Assembly (NCBI GenBank): GCA_016930235.1
Contig: JAFGHI010000021.1
Coordinates: 56,810 to 120,809, forward strand
Direction of reading: 5' to 3'
Origin: Candidatus Omnitrophota bacterium
GTDB taxonomy: Bacteria; Omnitrophota; Omnitrophia; Omnitrophales; Aquincolibacteriaceae
DNA: 64,000 bases
This document shows, one piece after another, positions 37,930 to 47,456 of this stretch. How positions within the stretch are numbered: the stretch's first letter is position 1; each line of letters starts with the position of its first letter. Both the position numbers and the translations under genes were made by a program. The notes below the pieces were generated by a model. The model did no database searches. It saw only the letters and a list, made by a program, of their open reading frames with translations, and was not told the origin of the DNA.

Positions 37930-38370
37930 ATGAAACCTTCGGTCCAAGAACAATTTGAAATCAAAAGCGACCCCAAAGAGCTTCAGGGCCTTAGGGAAAA
38001 GGTGAGTCGCCTTATTCATCAACTGGAATTTTCAGAAAAAGCCGCCAATGATATTCTTGTCGCCTTGGGGGAAGGATGCACGAACGCCACCCGTCACTCC
38101 TATGAGGGGAAACTCGACCAACCCATCCATATTCGCATCGAAGGCGATTCAAAAAAAATAAAAATCAGCATTCGTGATTTCGGCCGGAAAATAGACCTCT
38201 CGAAAATTAAAACACCCAAGCTCCCTCCCGATAAACCGGGAGGTCTCGGGATTTATTTCATGCAGACAATGATGGATCAGATCGAGTATAATACCAAGCA
38301 CCCCGAGGGGAATGAGCTTATCTTGACCAAATACAACGAACAAGGAGAATCCCGTGAAAATCCAAGTTAA
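37930..38370 (+). CDS. RsbW/SpoIIAB-family anti-sigma-factor-type serine protein kinase (HATPase_c)
   Basis: It has an N box (EGCTNATRHSY), a G1 box (RDFGRKID) and a G2 box (GGLGIYFM). The 146-aa size fits. Confidence 0.7.
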   Translation: MKPSVQEQFEIKSDPKELQGLREKVSRLIHQLEFSEKAANDILVALGEGCTNATRHSYEGKLDQPIHIRIEGDSKKIKISIRDFGRKIDLSKIKTPKLPPDKPGGLGIYFMQTMMDQIEYNTKHPEGNELILTKYNEQGESRENPS

Positions 38371-38692
38371 GCAAGAGTCCGAAGGCCTTGAATTAGTGGA
38401 ACTTCAAGGGGATCTTGATTTCCACTGTTCACCGGAACTCCGGGAAGCCCTCTCCAAGTTAGTGGATCGTCAGGCCTCAAAAATCCTTATCGACCTCAAA
38501 CAAGTGGGTTATGTCGACAGTTCCGGACTTGCGACATTTGTCGAGCTTTTCCAGAAAATGAAACGTTACGGGGGAAAACTCGTACTCTTTAATCTCACAC
38601 AAAGCGTCCGCAGTGTTTTTGAGATTGCGAAGCTGGATTCCATCTTCAAGCTCGCTCAAAACCGGGAAGAAGCGCTCACGCTTGCCCAATGA
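38354..38692 (+). CDS. STAS-domain anti-sigma-factor antagonist / MlaB-like protein
   Basis: A 112-aa STAS fold with GYVDSSGLATF, which matches the SpoIIAA DSSGLG phospho-serine motif. It overlaps the kinase gene by 17 nt and mlaE by 4 nt. Confidence 0.7.
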   Translation: MKIQVKQESEGLELVELQGDLDFHCSPELREALSKLVDRQASKILIDLKQVGYVDSSGLATFVELFQKMKRYGGKLVLFNLTQSVRSVFEIAKLDSIFKLAQNREEALTLAQ

Positions 38693-39498
38693 CAAAATTA
38701 GAATCTTATTTCGGATCTATCGGGAAAACAACGCATCAGTTTCTTATCGAAGTGGCCAAAATATGGCAGCTGGTCACTGATTTCTTCTACTGGGCTATCC
38801 TTGCCCCCTTTAAAGGCAAAAAAAGCTTTGGCCGGGAGGCTTTTTCAAGACAGCTTTTCTTCATGGGGAATGAATCCCTCTTTATCGTTGCACTCGTCTC
38901 TGCCTCTGTAGGGGCCGTCTTAGCCCTTCAAGCAGCCTATCAGTTAAAGGAATTCGGTGCCCTCATGTACACAGGCGCATTAGTCAGTGTCTCCATGGCC
39001 CGAGAATTAGGTCCTATCATCACCGCCATTGTGATTGCGGGGCGAGTCGGCGCAAGTATCACCGCAGAGCTTGGCACAATGAAAGTGCAGGAAGAGGTCG
39101 ATGCACTCGTTACCATGGGAATCCCGCCCATTCCTTTCTTGGTCGTTCCGAGGATCCTCGCTATTATCATCATGCTTCCCAGCTTAACCGTCCTGAGTTA
39201 TGCCATTGGGATCCTTGGCGGCTATCTCATTTCAACAACCAGCTTGGGGATCGGTTCAGAAGTTTATCTCCAAGAAAGCTTTGATGCCTTAGTCGCCAAA
39301 GATCTGATGACAGGTTTGGCCAAAAGTTTTGTTTTCTCCCTTTTAGTTGGGTTTATTGCAATTTATACCGGCCTAGGCGTCCGCGGCGGCGCCGAAGGAG
39401 TCGGCCGCGCAACAACACAATCGGTTGTGGCATCCATTATTGCCATCATCGTTGCTGATGGTATTTGCACAGCCGTCTTTTACTATGTGTTCCCATGA
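38689..39498 (+). CDS. mlaE: phospholipid ABC transporter permease MlaE
   Basis: A 269-aa protein with 5-6 TM helices in the MlaE/Ttg2B family. Confidence 0.8.
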   Translation: MTKLESYFGSIGKTTHQFLIEVAKIWQLVTDFFYWAILAPFKGKKSFGREAFSRQLFFMGNESLFIVALVSASVGAVLALQAAYQLKEFGALMYTGALVSVSMARELGPIITAIVIAGRVGASITAELGTMKVQEEVDALVTMGIPPIPFLVVPRILAIIIMLPSLTVLSYAIGILGGYLISTTSLGIGSEVYLQESFDALVAKDLMTGLAKSFVFSLLVGFIAIYTGLGVRGGAEGVGRATTQSVVASIIAIIVADGICTAVFYYVFP

Positions 39499-40301
39499 GT
39501 GAACCCGTTATCGAAATTCGAAACGTTCAGAAATGGTTCGGAGAAAGAAGAGTCTTAACGGGTGTCAACGTTGACGTCCATGAAGGAGAAACCCTTGTGA
39601 TCATGGGCGGATCCGGCTGCGGTAAAAGTACACTTCTGCGGGCCATTATCGGCCTTATGCACCCAGAAGAAGGCTCCATCAAAATCTTCGGTCAAGACAT
39701 GGCCTCCGCAACCGATGATGAAAAGAATGAGATCCGGAAAAAATTCGGTATGCTCTTTCAAGGTTCCGCCCTTTTTAATTCCCTGACGGTCGGTGAAAAT
39801 GTCGCGCTTCCTTTAAAGGAACACACAGATCTTGATGATGATATTATTAATATTATCGTAAAAGTAAAACTGGAATTGGTCGGCTTAACCGGATTTGAGA
39901 GTCTCAAACCCTTTGAAATCTCAGGCGGGATGAAAAAAAGAGTCGCTTTGGCCCGGGCCATAGCCTTAGACCCCAAAATCGTTTTCTATGATGAGCCGGG
40001 GGCTGGTTTGGACCCGATCACGGCCAGTGTAATTGACCACTTGATTATGGACCTGAGTAAAAAACTCAAGATGACCTCTGTCGTCGTTACGCATGAAATG
40101 ACAAGCGCCTTTAGGATTGCCGACCGGATCATTGTCCTGCAGCAAGGAAAGGTGGTCGCAGAAGGCGGTCCAGAGGCTATCCGGAAGTCTGATCATCCTT
40201 ACGTAAAGCAATTTATCCATGGTGAAATTGACGGACCTATCTCTTTTAAAGAATCTCGAGACAGTTATTTGAAAGGAATCTTTGGCGATGAAGAAATCTG
40301 A
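39495..40301 (+). CDS. mlaF: phospholipid ABC transporter ATP-binding protein MlaF
   Basis: It has a Walker A (GGSGCGKST), an ABC signature (ISGGMKKRVALARA) and a Walker B (VFYDEPGAGLD). The start at MSEPVIEI overlaps mlaE in an ATGA motif. Confidence 0.85.
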   Translation: MSEPVIEIRNVQKWFGERRVLTGVNVDVHEGETLVIMGGSGCGKSTLLRAIIGLMHPEEGSIKIFGQDMASATDDEKNEIRKKFGMLFQGSALFNSLTVGENVALPLKEHTDLDDDIINIIVKVKLELVGLTGFESLKPFEISGGMKKRVALARAIALDPKIVFYDEPGAGLDPITASVIDHLIMDLSKKLKMTSVVVTHEMTSAFRIADRIIVLQQGKVVAEGGPEAIRKSDHPYVKQFIHGEIDGPISFKESRDSYLKGIFGDEEI

Positions 40302-40923
40302 TCCCTATACCCCAAATGAAATACGCTCCGGTTTAATGGTTGTCAGTTGTGTTGTGGTTCTGCTGGGCCTGCTTTTCTTTGCCAGTAAATCCCAGCTCTT
40401 TAAGCAAACCTACCAAGCTGACATCCTTTTTAACTACATCAGTGGTCTTGCCAAGAATGCCCCTGTTCATTTTGCCGGCCACGAAGTCGGGAAAGTCACG
40501 GACATCCGCTTCTTAGGCGGTTCGGATAATTCCGTCCTTGTCACCGTTACGATCAGCCGCGATGTTGTCCTCAAAAGGGACTCCCGGGCTTTCATCAACG
40601 TCCTGGGTTTTATGGGTGAAAAATTTATCGAGATCAGTCCTGGCACGATCGAAGCCCAGCCCCTTGGGAAGGGCGCCACGCTTCGAGGAGATGACCCTGT
40701 CGCCATGATGGAGGTTGTCAAGAAAGGTACTGAAATCTTGGCAGAGTTTGAGAAGATCTCTGTCTCTCTTCAAAACCTGATTGCCAATATGAATGATCTC
40801 CTGGGCGAAAATGAAGAAGAGGTTGAAGATATTTTCAAGAATTTGGATGAAGCTTCCGTCAACCTAAAAGAAATGACGGCGGACCTTAAACAAAAACCCT
40901 GGAAGTTACTAAGGAAGGGTTAA
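40282..40923 (+). CDS. mlaD: MCE-domain protein MlaD
   Basis: An N-terminal TM anchor is followed by an MCE domain (VHFAGHEVGKVTDI) and a C-terminal coiled coil. Confidence 0.8.
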   Translation: MAMKKSDPYTPNEIRSGLMVVSCVVVLLGLLFFASKSQLFKQTYQADILFNYISGLAKNAPVHFAGHEVGKVTDIRFLGGSDNSVLVTVTISRDVVLKRDSRAFINVLGFMGEKFIEISPGTIEAQPLGKGATLRGDDPVAMMEVVKKGTEILAEFEKISVSLQNLIANMNDLLGENEEEVEDIFKNLDEASVNLKEMTADLKQKPWKLLRKG

Positions 40924-40929
40924 TTCGGT

Positions 40930-43290
40930 TTATTCTTCTTCTGTTGAAGCGGCAGGCTCCCTTGAGATGTAAATTTCCCTCGGCTTAGCTCCTTGCGTCG
41001 GACCGATTAAGCCTTCCGCTTCCATCTGATCGATGATTCGAGCCGCGCGTGTATAACCCAAGCGAAGTCTCCGTTGAAGATTGGAAGTCGAAGCCTGACC
41101 TGTTTCCAAAACAATGCTGACGGCTTCATCGAAAAGCTCATCTTTCTCAAGCGCCCCGCCTCCGGCCGTCTTGCCTTCCTGTGCCGAAATTATCTCGGAA
41201 TGATATTCAGGAGCCCTTTGTGATGAGAGGAATTCCACTAAACGATTAATCTCTTCATCCGTAACGAGAGAGCCTTGACCGCGAATGGGTTTATCCCCGC
41301 CCGGCTGAATGAAGAGCATGTCCCCGCGGCCCAACAAGCTTTCTGCGCCCATTCCGTCCAAGACCGTCCTCGAATCCACTTTGGAGGCAACTTTAAAAGA
41401 AATACGGGCCGGGAAATTGGCCTTAATGACGCCCGTAATCACATCAACCGACGGCCTCTGAGTTGCCAGGATCAAGTGAATCCCGACCGCACGGGAAAGC
41501 TGCGCCAGCCGCATAATGGCAGTTTCGACCTTATCTTGGGCAACCATCATTAAATCGGCAAGCTCATCAATGATGACTACAATATAGGGAAGTTTTACAG
41601 GAATAACATTTTCAGAATTTTCAGCGTTGGTTATTTCCTCTTTCGCTTCTTCGGAAAGATTTCGCGCATTAAAGGCTTTGATATTCCGGACCCCCACCGT
41701 CGCAAACAACCGGTAACGATTTTCCATTTCATTAACAACCCAGTTCAGGGTATGAGATGCCTTCCGGACATCCGTCACAACGGGAGCAAGCATATGGGGA
41801 AGTTTGTTGTAGCCAGCTAACTCCACCATTTTAGGATCAATCATCACAAATTTTAGATCCTCCGGCGAGGCATGATAGAGAAGGCCTCCGATAATGGAAT
41901 TAACGCAAACGGTTTTACCGCTTCCGGTCGTCCCTGCAATCAGGATATGCGGCATATCAGCTAGGTCGGCAACCAAAGATTCCCCGCTGGTACTCTTCCC
42001 CAAACATAACGGCAATGCCGCCTCACCGTGAAATTCCGATGAATCCACAAGTTCCCTTAAGTAAACGAGGCTCGAAACACTATTAGGGACCTCAACTCCA
42101 ACAGCGGCCTTACCGGGAATCGGGGCAATCATACGAATGCTGGTGGCTTTCATCGCTAACGCAAGATCATCGGACAAAGCCGTGATGGAGTTAACTTTCA
42201 CCCCAGGCGCGGGCAAGAGCTCATAGCGGGTAATCACAGGCCCCTGTTCGATCTCCACAACTTTAACCTCAATCCCAAATTCTGCGAGAGCTGACTCCAA
42301 AACCCTGGCCTTAGCGTGTAAATCTTCCGATTTTCCTTCCGGAGCAAACTCCGGTTTTCTAAGCAATTCAAGCGGCGGAAAATTATAATTTCCCCCACGC
42401 GAAGCGGTCGAACCAACAACACTCTCATGTCGTTTCTCTTCTTCTTGGTCCGCCCGGCCGGGAATCCCCGTCCCCTCTTTCTTGGAACGCAGTTTACTTT
42501 CTTCACGAGACGAAACAGGACGGGTCACACCCTCCCGCTCCCTCTTACTTTCCGCTCGCCCTCCTTTTTTTCCCTCATCTGCATACTCGGACCTATATTT
42601 TTTCACTTTAAGCGGCATAGAAGGTAAAGTGGGGATAATCCCCTCCTGTTTCTTAGCTCCGACCTTTCTTTCCCGCGTCCTCTTCCTCTCTTCAGGAACA
42701 ATCCCTCGCGCTGTATCAATAATCCAATCACGGGAAAATTCCGCTTTTTCGAGGAACCCGTCTGTGAATTTCTCTACTCGTTTCCACAATTGATGAAACA
42801 AGGGATAAAGAAGGAAATCCGTCGCAAGCAAGATTGAAAGAAGCAAGCAGGCCCCAGCCAGAATAAATCCGCCCAGAAATCCGAAATACCTCAAGAGATG
42901 AGTCCCGGCTAAGTATCCGACAGCACCCCCATATTCAAATTGACGATCCGGACTGACTGAAAGGGTTACAAGCGTCGAGGTTGAAAAAAGCGCAATGGCT
43001 AAGCCAATAAAGTTGAATATCTTTCTTTCAGGAACCTTTTGTGCAAAAAAACAGCTCGCCCAAAGCAGAAAAAGCAATGGAATAACATACGCGCTCATAC
43101 CAAAAGTCAAAAGTAGTCCAAAGGCCAGATAAGCCCCGATAACTCCCGTATAGTTTTGAACAGGTGAGGCAGGATGAGAAGTATAAAAACCAATATCACC
43201 CTCGTGGGAAAAAATAAGGCTGCCGAGAGTAAACAGCCCTAATAAAAGGAATATAACACCCCAAATTTCGTTCTTACGCTCTTTTTTCAT
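40930..43290 (-). CDS. ftsK: DNA translocase FtsK
   Basis: It has N-terminal TM helices, a low-complexity linker and a motor domain with a Walker A (GTTGSGKT). The C-terminal gamma/winged-helix region carries LQRRLRLGYTRAARIIDQMEAEG. Confidence 0.9.
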   Translation of the reverse strand: MKKERKNEIWGVIFLLLGLFTLGSLIFSHEGDIGFYTSHPASPVQNYTGVIGAYLAFGLLLTFGMSAYVIPLLFLLWASCFFAQKVPERKIFNFIGLAIALFSTSTLVTLSVSPDRQFEYGGAVGYLAGTHLLRYFGFLGGFILAGACLLLSILLATDFLLYPLFHQLWKRVEKFTDGFLEKAEFSRDWIIDTARGIVPEERKRTRERKVGAKKQEGIIPTLPSMPLKVKKYRSEYADEGKKGGRAESKREREGVTRPVSSREESKLRSKKEGTGIPGRADQEEEKRHESVVGSTASRGGNYNFPPLELLRKPEFAPEGKSEDLHAKARVLESALAEFGIEVKVVEIEQGPVITRYELLPAPGVKVNSITALSDDLALAMKATSIRMIAPIPGKAAVGVEVPNSVSSLVYLRELVDSSEFHGEAALPLCLGKSTSGESLVADLADMPHILIAGTTGSGKTVCVNSIIGGLLYHASPEDLKFVMIDPKMVELAGYNKLPHMLAPVVTDVRKASHTLNWVVNEMENRYRLFATVGVRNIKAFNARNLSEEAKEEITNAENSENVIPVKLPYIVVIIDELADLMMVAQDKVETAIMRLAQLSRAVGIHLILATQRPSVDVITGVIKANFPARISFKVASKVDSRTVLDGMGAESLLGRGDMLFIQPGGDKPIRGQGSLVTDEEINRLVEFLSSQRAPEYHSEIISAQEGKTAGGGALEKDELFDEAVSIVLETGQASTSNLQRRLRLGYTRAARIIDQMEAEGLIGPTQGAKPREIYISREPAASTEEE

Positions 43291-43416
43291 CGTCTCAAGG
43301 TATCCTATTGTGGACTCGCCGGTCAGCTATTTGAGCGGATAGCGCATGAACTCACGTGGATAGATCCTCTCTCGAGCTGCGGACATGTAATGACCTCTCA
43401 CGCTTTCCGCGATACG

Positions 43417-43866
43417 CTAAAAACCGGTATGTCCGAACCCGCCGCTTCCGCGAAGAGTTTCAGTAAGGTTATCGACCGAAATAAACCTTGCCTTTACCAC
43501 CTCGGCGAGCACAGCTTGGGCAATGCGGGTTCCGCGGGTCACCTTAAAGTCTTCCTGCCCTAGATTAATCATGATGACCTTAATTTCACCCCGATAATCC
43601 GAATCAATTGTCCCCGGTGTATTGAGGAGAGTCACTCCGTGTCTTAAGGCAAGCCCGCTTCTAGGCCTGATCTGAACCTCATATCCGAGAGGCAAGGAAA
43701 TAGAAATCCCTGTGGGAATCAAAACCCTTTGGCCCGGGCAGATCATGATAGGTTCTTCATTAGCTGCGACTAAATCAAAACCGCTGGAACCTTCAGTTTG
43801 GTAGGCTGGAACCTCTAACCCTTTAAAATGAGGATGTTGTTGGATCTCGATCTCGAGTTCTTTCAC
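43417..43866 (-). CDS. dut: dUTP diphosphatase
   Basis: The dUTPase motifs SSGFDL, RPRSGLA, GTIDSDYRGE and the C-terminal GGFGHTG are present. Confidence 0.9.
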   Translation of the reverse strand: MKELEIEIQQHPHFKGLEVPAYQTEGSSGFDLVAANEEPIMICPGQRVLIPTGISISLPLGYEVQIRPRSGLALRHGVTLLNTPGTIDSDYRGEIKVIMINLGQEDFKVTRGTRIAQAVLAEVVKARFISVDNLTETLRGSGGFGHTGF

Positions 43867-46061
43867 CGGCGTGATCTGGGTCGTGAGCGGGGCCCTCCAT
43901 CACGCCCTCGATCGCGTCCTTTCGATATCTCTGAAATTGGGTCGCGTTCCACATCAGGAGGGAGCATCGGCATTCCCCCTTCTTTGGCTTGCTTAATACT
44001 CAGATTAACTTTCCCTCTTTCGTCAATTTCCATCACTTTAACGGGAACCACATCGCCGATTTTTAGATAATCAGCGACATTCTTGACATAACCGTCGGAA
44101 ACTTCAGACACATGACAGAGGCCATCCGTCCCGGGCATGATCTCACAAAAAGCTCCGAACGCAACTAAACGTCTGACCGTCCCTTGATAAATCTTTCCAA
44201 TCTCAGGTTCTTCGGTCAATGCACGGACGCGCTCAAGCGCTGCATCACCGGCTTTTCCGTCCACGGCAGCAACCGACACGGTACCGTCATCTTCAATATC
44301 GATTTTGGCACCTGTCTCTTCGGTGATTTTTCGGATATTCTTTCCTCCGGGGCCGATCAGTTCTCCGATTTTAGCCGGATTAATCTTCAAGGTGACAATC
44401 CGGGGAGCATAAGCTGATAATTCCTGCCGCGGAGCCGAAATCACCTGATGGATCATATCCAAAATTTTCATTCGGGCTTCCCTGGCATGATCAAAAGCTT
44501 CATCCATGGTGGCCCGGTCAATCCCGGCAATTTTCAAATCCATTTGAAGCGCCGTCAAGCCTTCGCGTGTTCCCGCTGCCTTAAAATCCATATCACCGTG
44601 ATGGTCTTCGATTCCCGCGATATCCGTTAAGACTTGGAATTTTTTCTCACCCGTAATCAATCCAATAGCAATCCCTGCAACGGGGGCTTTAAGAGGAACT
44701 CCCGCATCCATAAGAGATAGCGTTCCTCCGCAAACCGTTGCCATGGAGCTAGAACCATTGGATTCTAAAATTTCCGAAACCAACCTTACCGTATAAGGGA
44801 AATCAGGATGTTCCGGCATCACCGGCGTTAAAGCACGTTCTGCCAGGGCTCCGTGACCAATCTCTCGCCGCCCCGGCCCACGATTGGGTTTAGCTTCCCC
44901 AACGCTGAAAGGCGGAAAATTGTAATGCAGCATAAACCTTTTCCATTCCTCACCTTCGAGCGAATCGATCCTCTGTTCGTCTTCCCCCGTTCCAAGAGTT
45001 GTCACGCAAAGACTTTGCGTCTGTCCCCGGGTAAACAAGGCCGATCCGTGCGTCCTGGGGAGAACACCAATTTCACAAGTAATTTTTCGGATCTCTCTTA
45101 CGCCACGGCCGTCGGGCCTTTTCCCCTTTTCGAGAATAAACTCTCTCACCTTCTCTTTTTCGATTTCATCAAATATCATTTTGACATGCGCTTCCTTAAA
45201 ATCGGGCGACTCGACATCAAACTGACCCAGAACCTTTTCTTGATAAACCTTCCGAGTTTCGGCCTCCCGTTCCTCCTTCGAGTTTAAGGTAAAAATCCTT
45301 TGAAATTCATCGCCGGCTGTTTTCCTGACTTTATCAAAATACTCTTGAGGGATCTCCAAACCCTTGACAGAACGTTTGGCTTTCCCAAATTTCGCTTGTA
45401 GCTCCTTTTGGATCGTAATCATCTTCTGAATTTCCTGGTGCCCGAACCAAATCGCTTCCTTCATTTTATCTTCTGAAATTTCCTTGGCTCCAGCTTCGAT
45501 CATAATCACTTTTTCTTTTGTTCCGGCCAAAACAAGATCAAGATCGCTATTGGCCAATTCTGAGGCCGTAGGATTGGCCACCAATTTCCCTTCGATGATC
45601 CCGACCCGAACAGCACCAATCGGTGCATGAAAAGGGACATCTGAAATCATGAGAGCCGCCGAAGCCCCATTCATCGAAAGAATATCCGTTGGATTTTCTC
45701 CGTCGGCAGACAAAACAGTCACAGTCACTTGGGTTTCACAGAAAAAATTATCAGGAAAAAGAGGACGTATCGGTCGATCGATCAATCGCGAGATCAGGAT
45801 TTCTTTTTCGGTCGGACGGCCTTCTCTTTTAAAATATCCTCCAGGAATACGCCCAGCGGCATAAGTCCGCTCACGGTAATCAACCGTTAAGGGGAAAAAA
45901 TCTATCCCTTCTTTAGCTTCCGGCGCTGCAACCACCGCAGCAAGGATAATTGTATCTCCCGAACGAACCGTAATAGCACCGTGCGCTTGCCGCGCAATGT
46001 GTCCGGTCTCAAAAATAATTTCCTGATTTCCAACTTGGGTCTTCATATGTTCAATTGTCAT
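43863..46061 (-). CDS. pnp: polynucleotide phosphorylase
   Basis: It has two RNase PH domains with KH and S1 domains. The N-terminus reads FETGHIARQAHGA, and the C-terminus carries an RS/RG-rich tail. Confidence 0.9.
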   Translation of the reverse strand: MTIEHMKTQVGNQEIIFETGHIARQAHGAITVRSGDTIILAAVVAAPEAKEGIDFFPLTVDYRERTYAAGRIPGGYFKREGRPTEKEILISRLIDRPIRPLFPDNFFCETQVTVTVLSADGENPTDILSMNGASAALMISDVPFHAPIGAVRVGIIEGKLVANPTASELANSDLDLVLAGTKEKVIMIEAGAKEISEDKMKEAIWFGHQEIQKMITIQKELQAKFGKAKRSVKGLEIPQEYFDKVRKTAGDEFQRIFTLNSKEEREAETRKVYQEKVLGQFDVESPDFKEAHVKMIFDEIEKEKVREFILEKGKRPDGRGVREIRKITCEIGVLPRTHGSALFTRGQTQSLCVTTLGTGEDEQRIDSLEGEEWKRFMLHYNFPPFSVGEAKPNRGPGRREIGHGALAERALTPVMPEHPDFPYTVRLVSEILESNGSSSMATVCGGTLSLMDAGVPLKAPVAGIAIGLITGEKKFQVLTDIAGIEDHHGDMDFKAAGTREGLTALQMDLKIAGIDRATMDEAFDHAREARMKILDMIHQVISAPRQELSAYAPRIVTLKINPAKIGELIGPGGKNIRKITEETGAKIDIEDDGTVSVAAVDGKAGDAALERVRALTEEPEIGKIYQGTVRRLVAFGAFCEIMPGTDGLCHVSEVSDGYVKNVADYLKIGDVVPVKVMEIDERGKVNLSIKQAKEGGMPMLPPDVERDPISEISKGRDRGRDGGPRSRPRSRR

Positions 46062-46097
46062 TGATAAGTCCTTCCTCTGGATAGACTACGGTAGGTT

Positions 46098-46367
46098 CTA
46101 TTTACGCAAATCGAGGCGTGAAATCAACTTTTGGTATCGTTCAGGATCCTCGCGACGAAGATAGGTTAACAGGCTTTTTCGTTTCCCAACCATTTTGATG
46201 AGTCCGTACCGGGAGTGATGGTCTTTCTGATGAGCTTTAAAGTGTTCATCCAGACTGTTGATCCGTTCCGTGAGAAGGGATACTTGGACCTCCACGGAAC
46301 CCGTATCATTACGGTTCCCACGATATTCCGATATTAACTTCTTCTTATTGTCCTTTGCTAGCGGCAT
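46098..46367 (-). CDS. rpsO: 30S ribosomal protein S15
   Basis: An 89-aa protein with the S15 signatures GSVEVQVSLLTERI and HSRYGL. Confidence 0.9.
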   Translation of the reverse strand: MPLAKDNKKKLISEYRGNRNDTGSVEVQVSLLTERINSLDEHFKAHQKDHHSRYGLIKMVGKRKSLLTYLRREDPERYQKLISRLDLRK

Positions 46368-46430
46368 TGTAATTTACCTAACTCCTTATTGTATTTGTAT
46401 TTACATCACAAACAGGCGATGTAGTATACT

Positions 46431-47456
46431 CTACTTGTCAATCTTTGTAAAGGCCTTCTTTCGGGCCTTCTTAAGAAATTCCCTTGCGTTTTGAATATCC
46501 CTCTGGATTTGTCTTTTTAAATCTTCAGCATCCGGAAAGGTCCTTTCCTCCCGAATTCTCGGAAATATAACTACTTCAAGCGTTTTTTGGTACAGATCAC
46601 CCTGAAAATCCAAGAGAAATATCTCCAGTATCCCCTGACTTTCCCGTTCCTGAAAGGTGGGACGAACTCCAAAATTCATAACTCCCTCAAACCAAGCCCC
46701 CCATTGACAGACGGGAAACTCATAAATCCCCTTTTTTTCATTATAGTTCTCCGAATTTAGGACAGCCCGGGCATAAACAGGATAAACCCCGAAAGGAGGC
46801 AGTACTTCCGTCTCGATATCTAAATTGGCCGTGGGAAATCCCAACTCAGTTCCTCTCCCTTTTCCCGGGATGACTCTTGCCAGCACACTCAACGGACGAC
46901 CTAGGCATGTCTCGGCCTCTTCAAGTTTTCCTTCCTGAATCAATCGGCGGATCCGCGAACTCGAAACAATATCACCTCCAGCTTCAACAGCTTTGATCTC
47001 CGTAAATTGGAAACCATATTCTTTGGCCAAAGCTTTCAAGAGGGTTGCATTGCCCTGTCTTTTGTAACCAAATCTTGCATTGTCCCCTAAACAGATTTCT
47101 GAAATGTGAAGCTTTTCAACGAGAATATCCCTCACAAACTGATGGGGGGTTAACTTGGAAAATTCCTTCGTGAAAGAAACCAAAAAACAAATGTCGATGC
47201 CGGTTTGATTGAGTAAGAACAGGCGGTGATCCTGAGATGTCAAAAGTGGGGGTTTCGATTCGGGATGAAGAATATGCTGCGGATGCGCTTCAAAAGACAG
47301 AACCGCCGACTTTCCTTTTCTGCGGTTGGCTTCACCAATAGCATGTTTAAGAAGGGCCTGATGCCCCCGATGAATGCCATCGAAATTCCCAAGTGCAAGA
47401 ATGAGAGGAGTTTCTTTGTCCGGCGAAAACCGGTTAAGATCCCGAACGATAAGCAT
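46431..47456 (-). CDS. ribF: bifunctional riboflavin kinase / FMN adenylyltransferase
   Basis: LALGNFDGIHRGHQ marks the FAD synthetase part, and the C-terminal riboflavin kinase domain has GFPTANL. Confidence 0.85.
   Translation of the reverse strand: MLIVRDLNRFSPDKETPLILALGNFDGIHRGHQALLKHAIGEANRRKGKSAVLSFEAHPQHILHPESKPPLLTSQDHRLFLLNQTGIDICFLVSFTKEFSKLTPHQFVRDILVEKLHISEICLGDNARFGYKRQGNATLLKALAKEYGFQFTEIKAVEAGGDIVSSSRIRRLIQEGKLEEAETCLGRPLSVLARVIPGKGRGTELGFPTANLDIETEVLPPFGVYPVYARAVLNSENYNEKKGIYEFPVCQWGAWFEGVMNFGVRPTFQERESQGILEIFLLDFQGDLYQKTLEVVIFPRIREERTFPDAEDLKRQIQRDIQNAREFLKKARKKAFTKIDK

Noticed and set aside
43291-43416. DnaA-box-like motifs (TCTATCCACG, GCTATCCGC) upstream of ftsK
   Set aside because: They match only 7 of 9 and 5 of 9 to TTATCCACA. 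There is no cluster of boxes and no AT-rich unwinding element, so this is not an origin.
46368-46430. TTGACA and TATACT hexamers upstream of rpsO
   Set aside because: The spacing between them is only 7 nt, so they cannot form a functional sigma-70 promoter as a pair.
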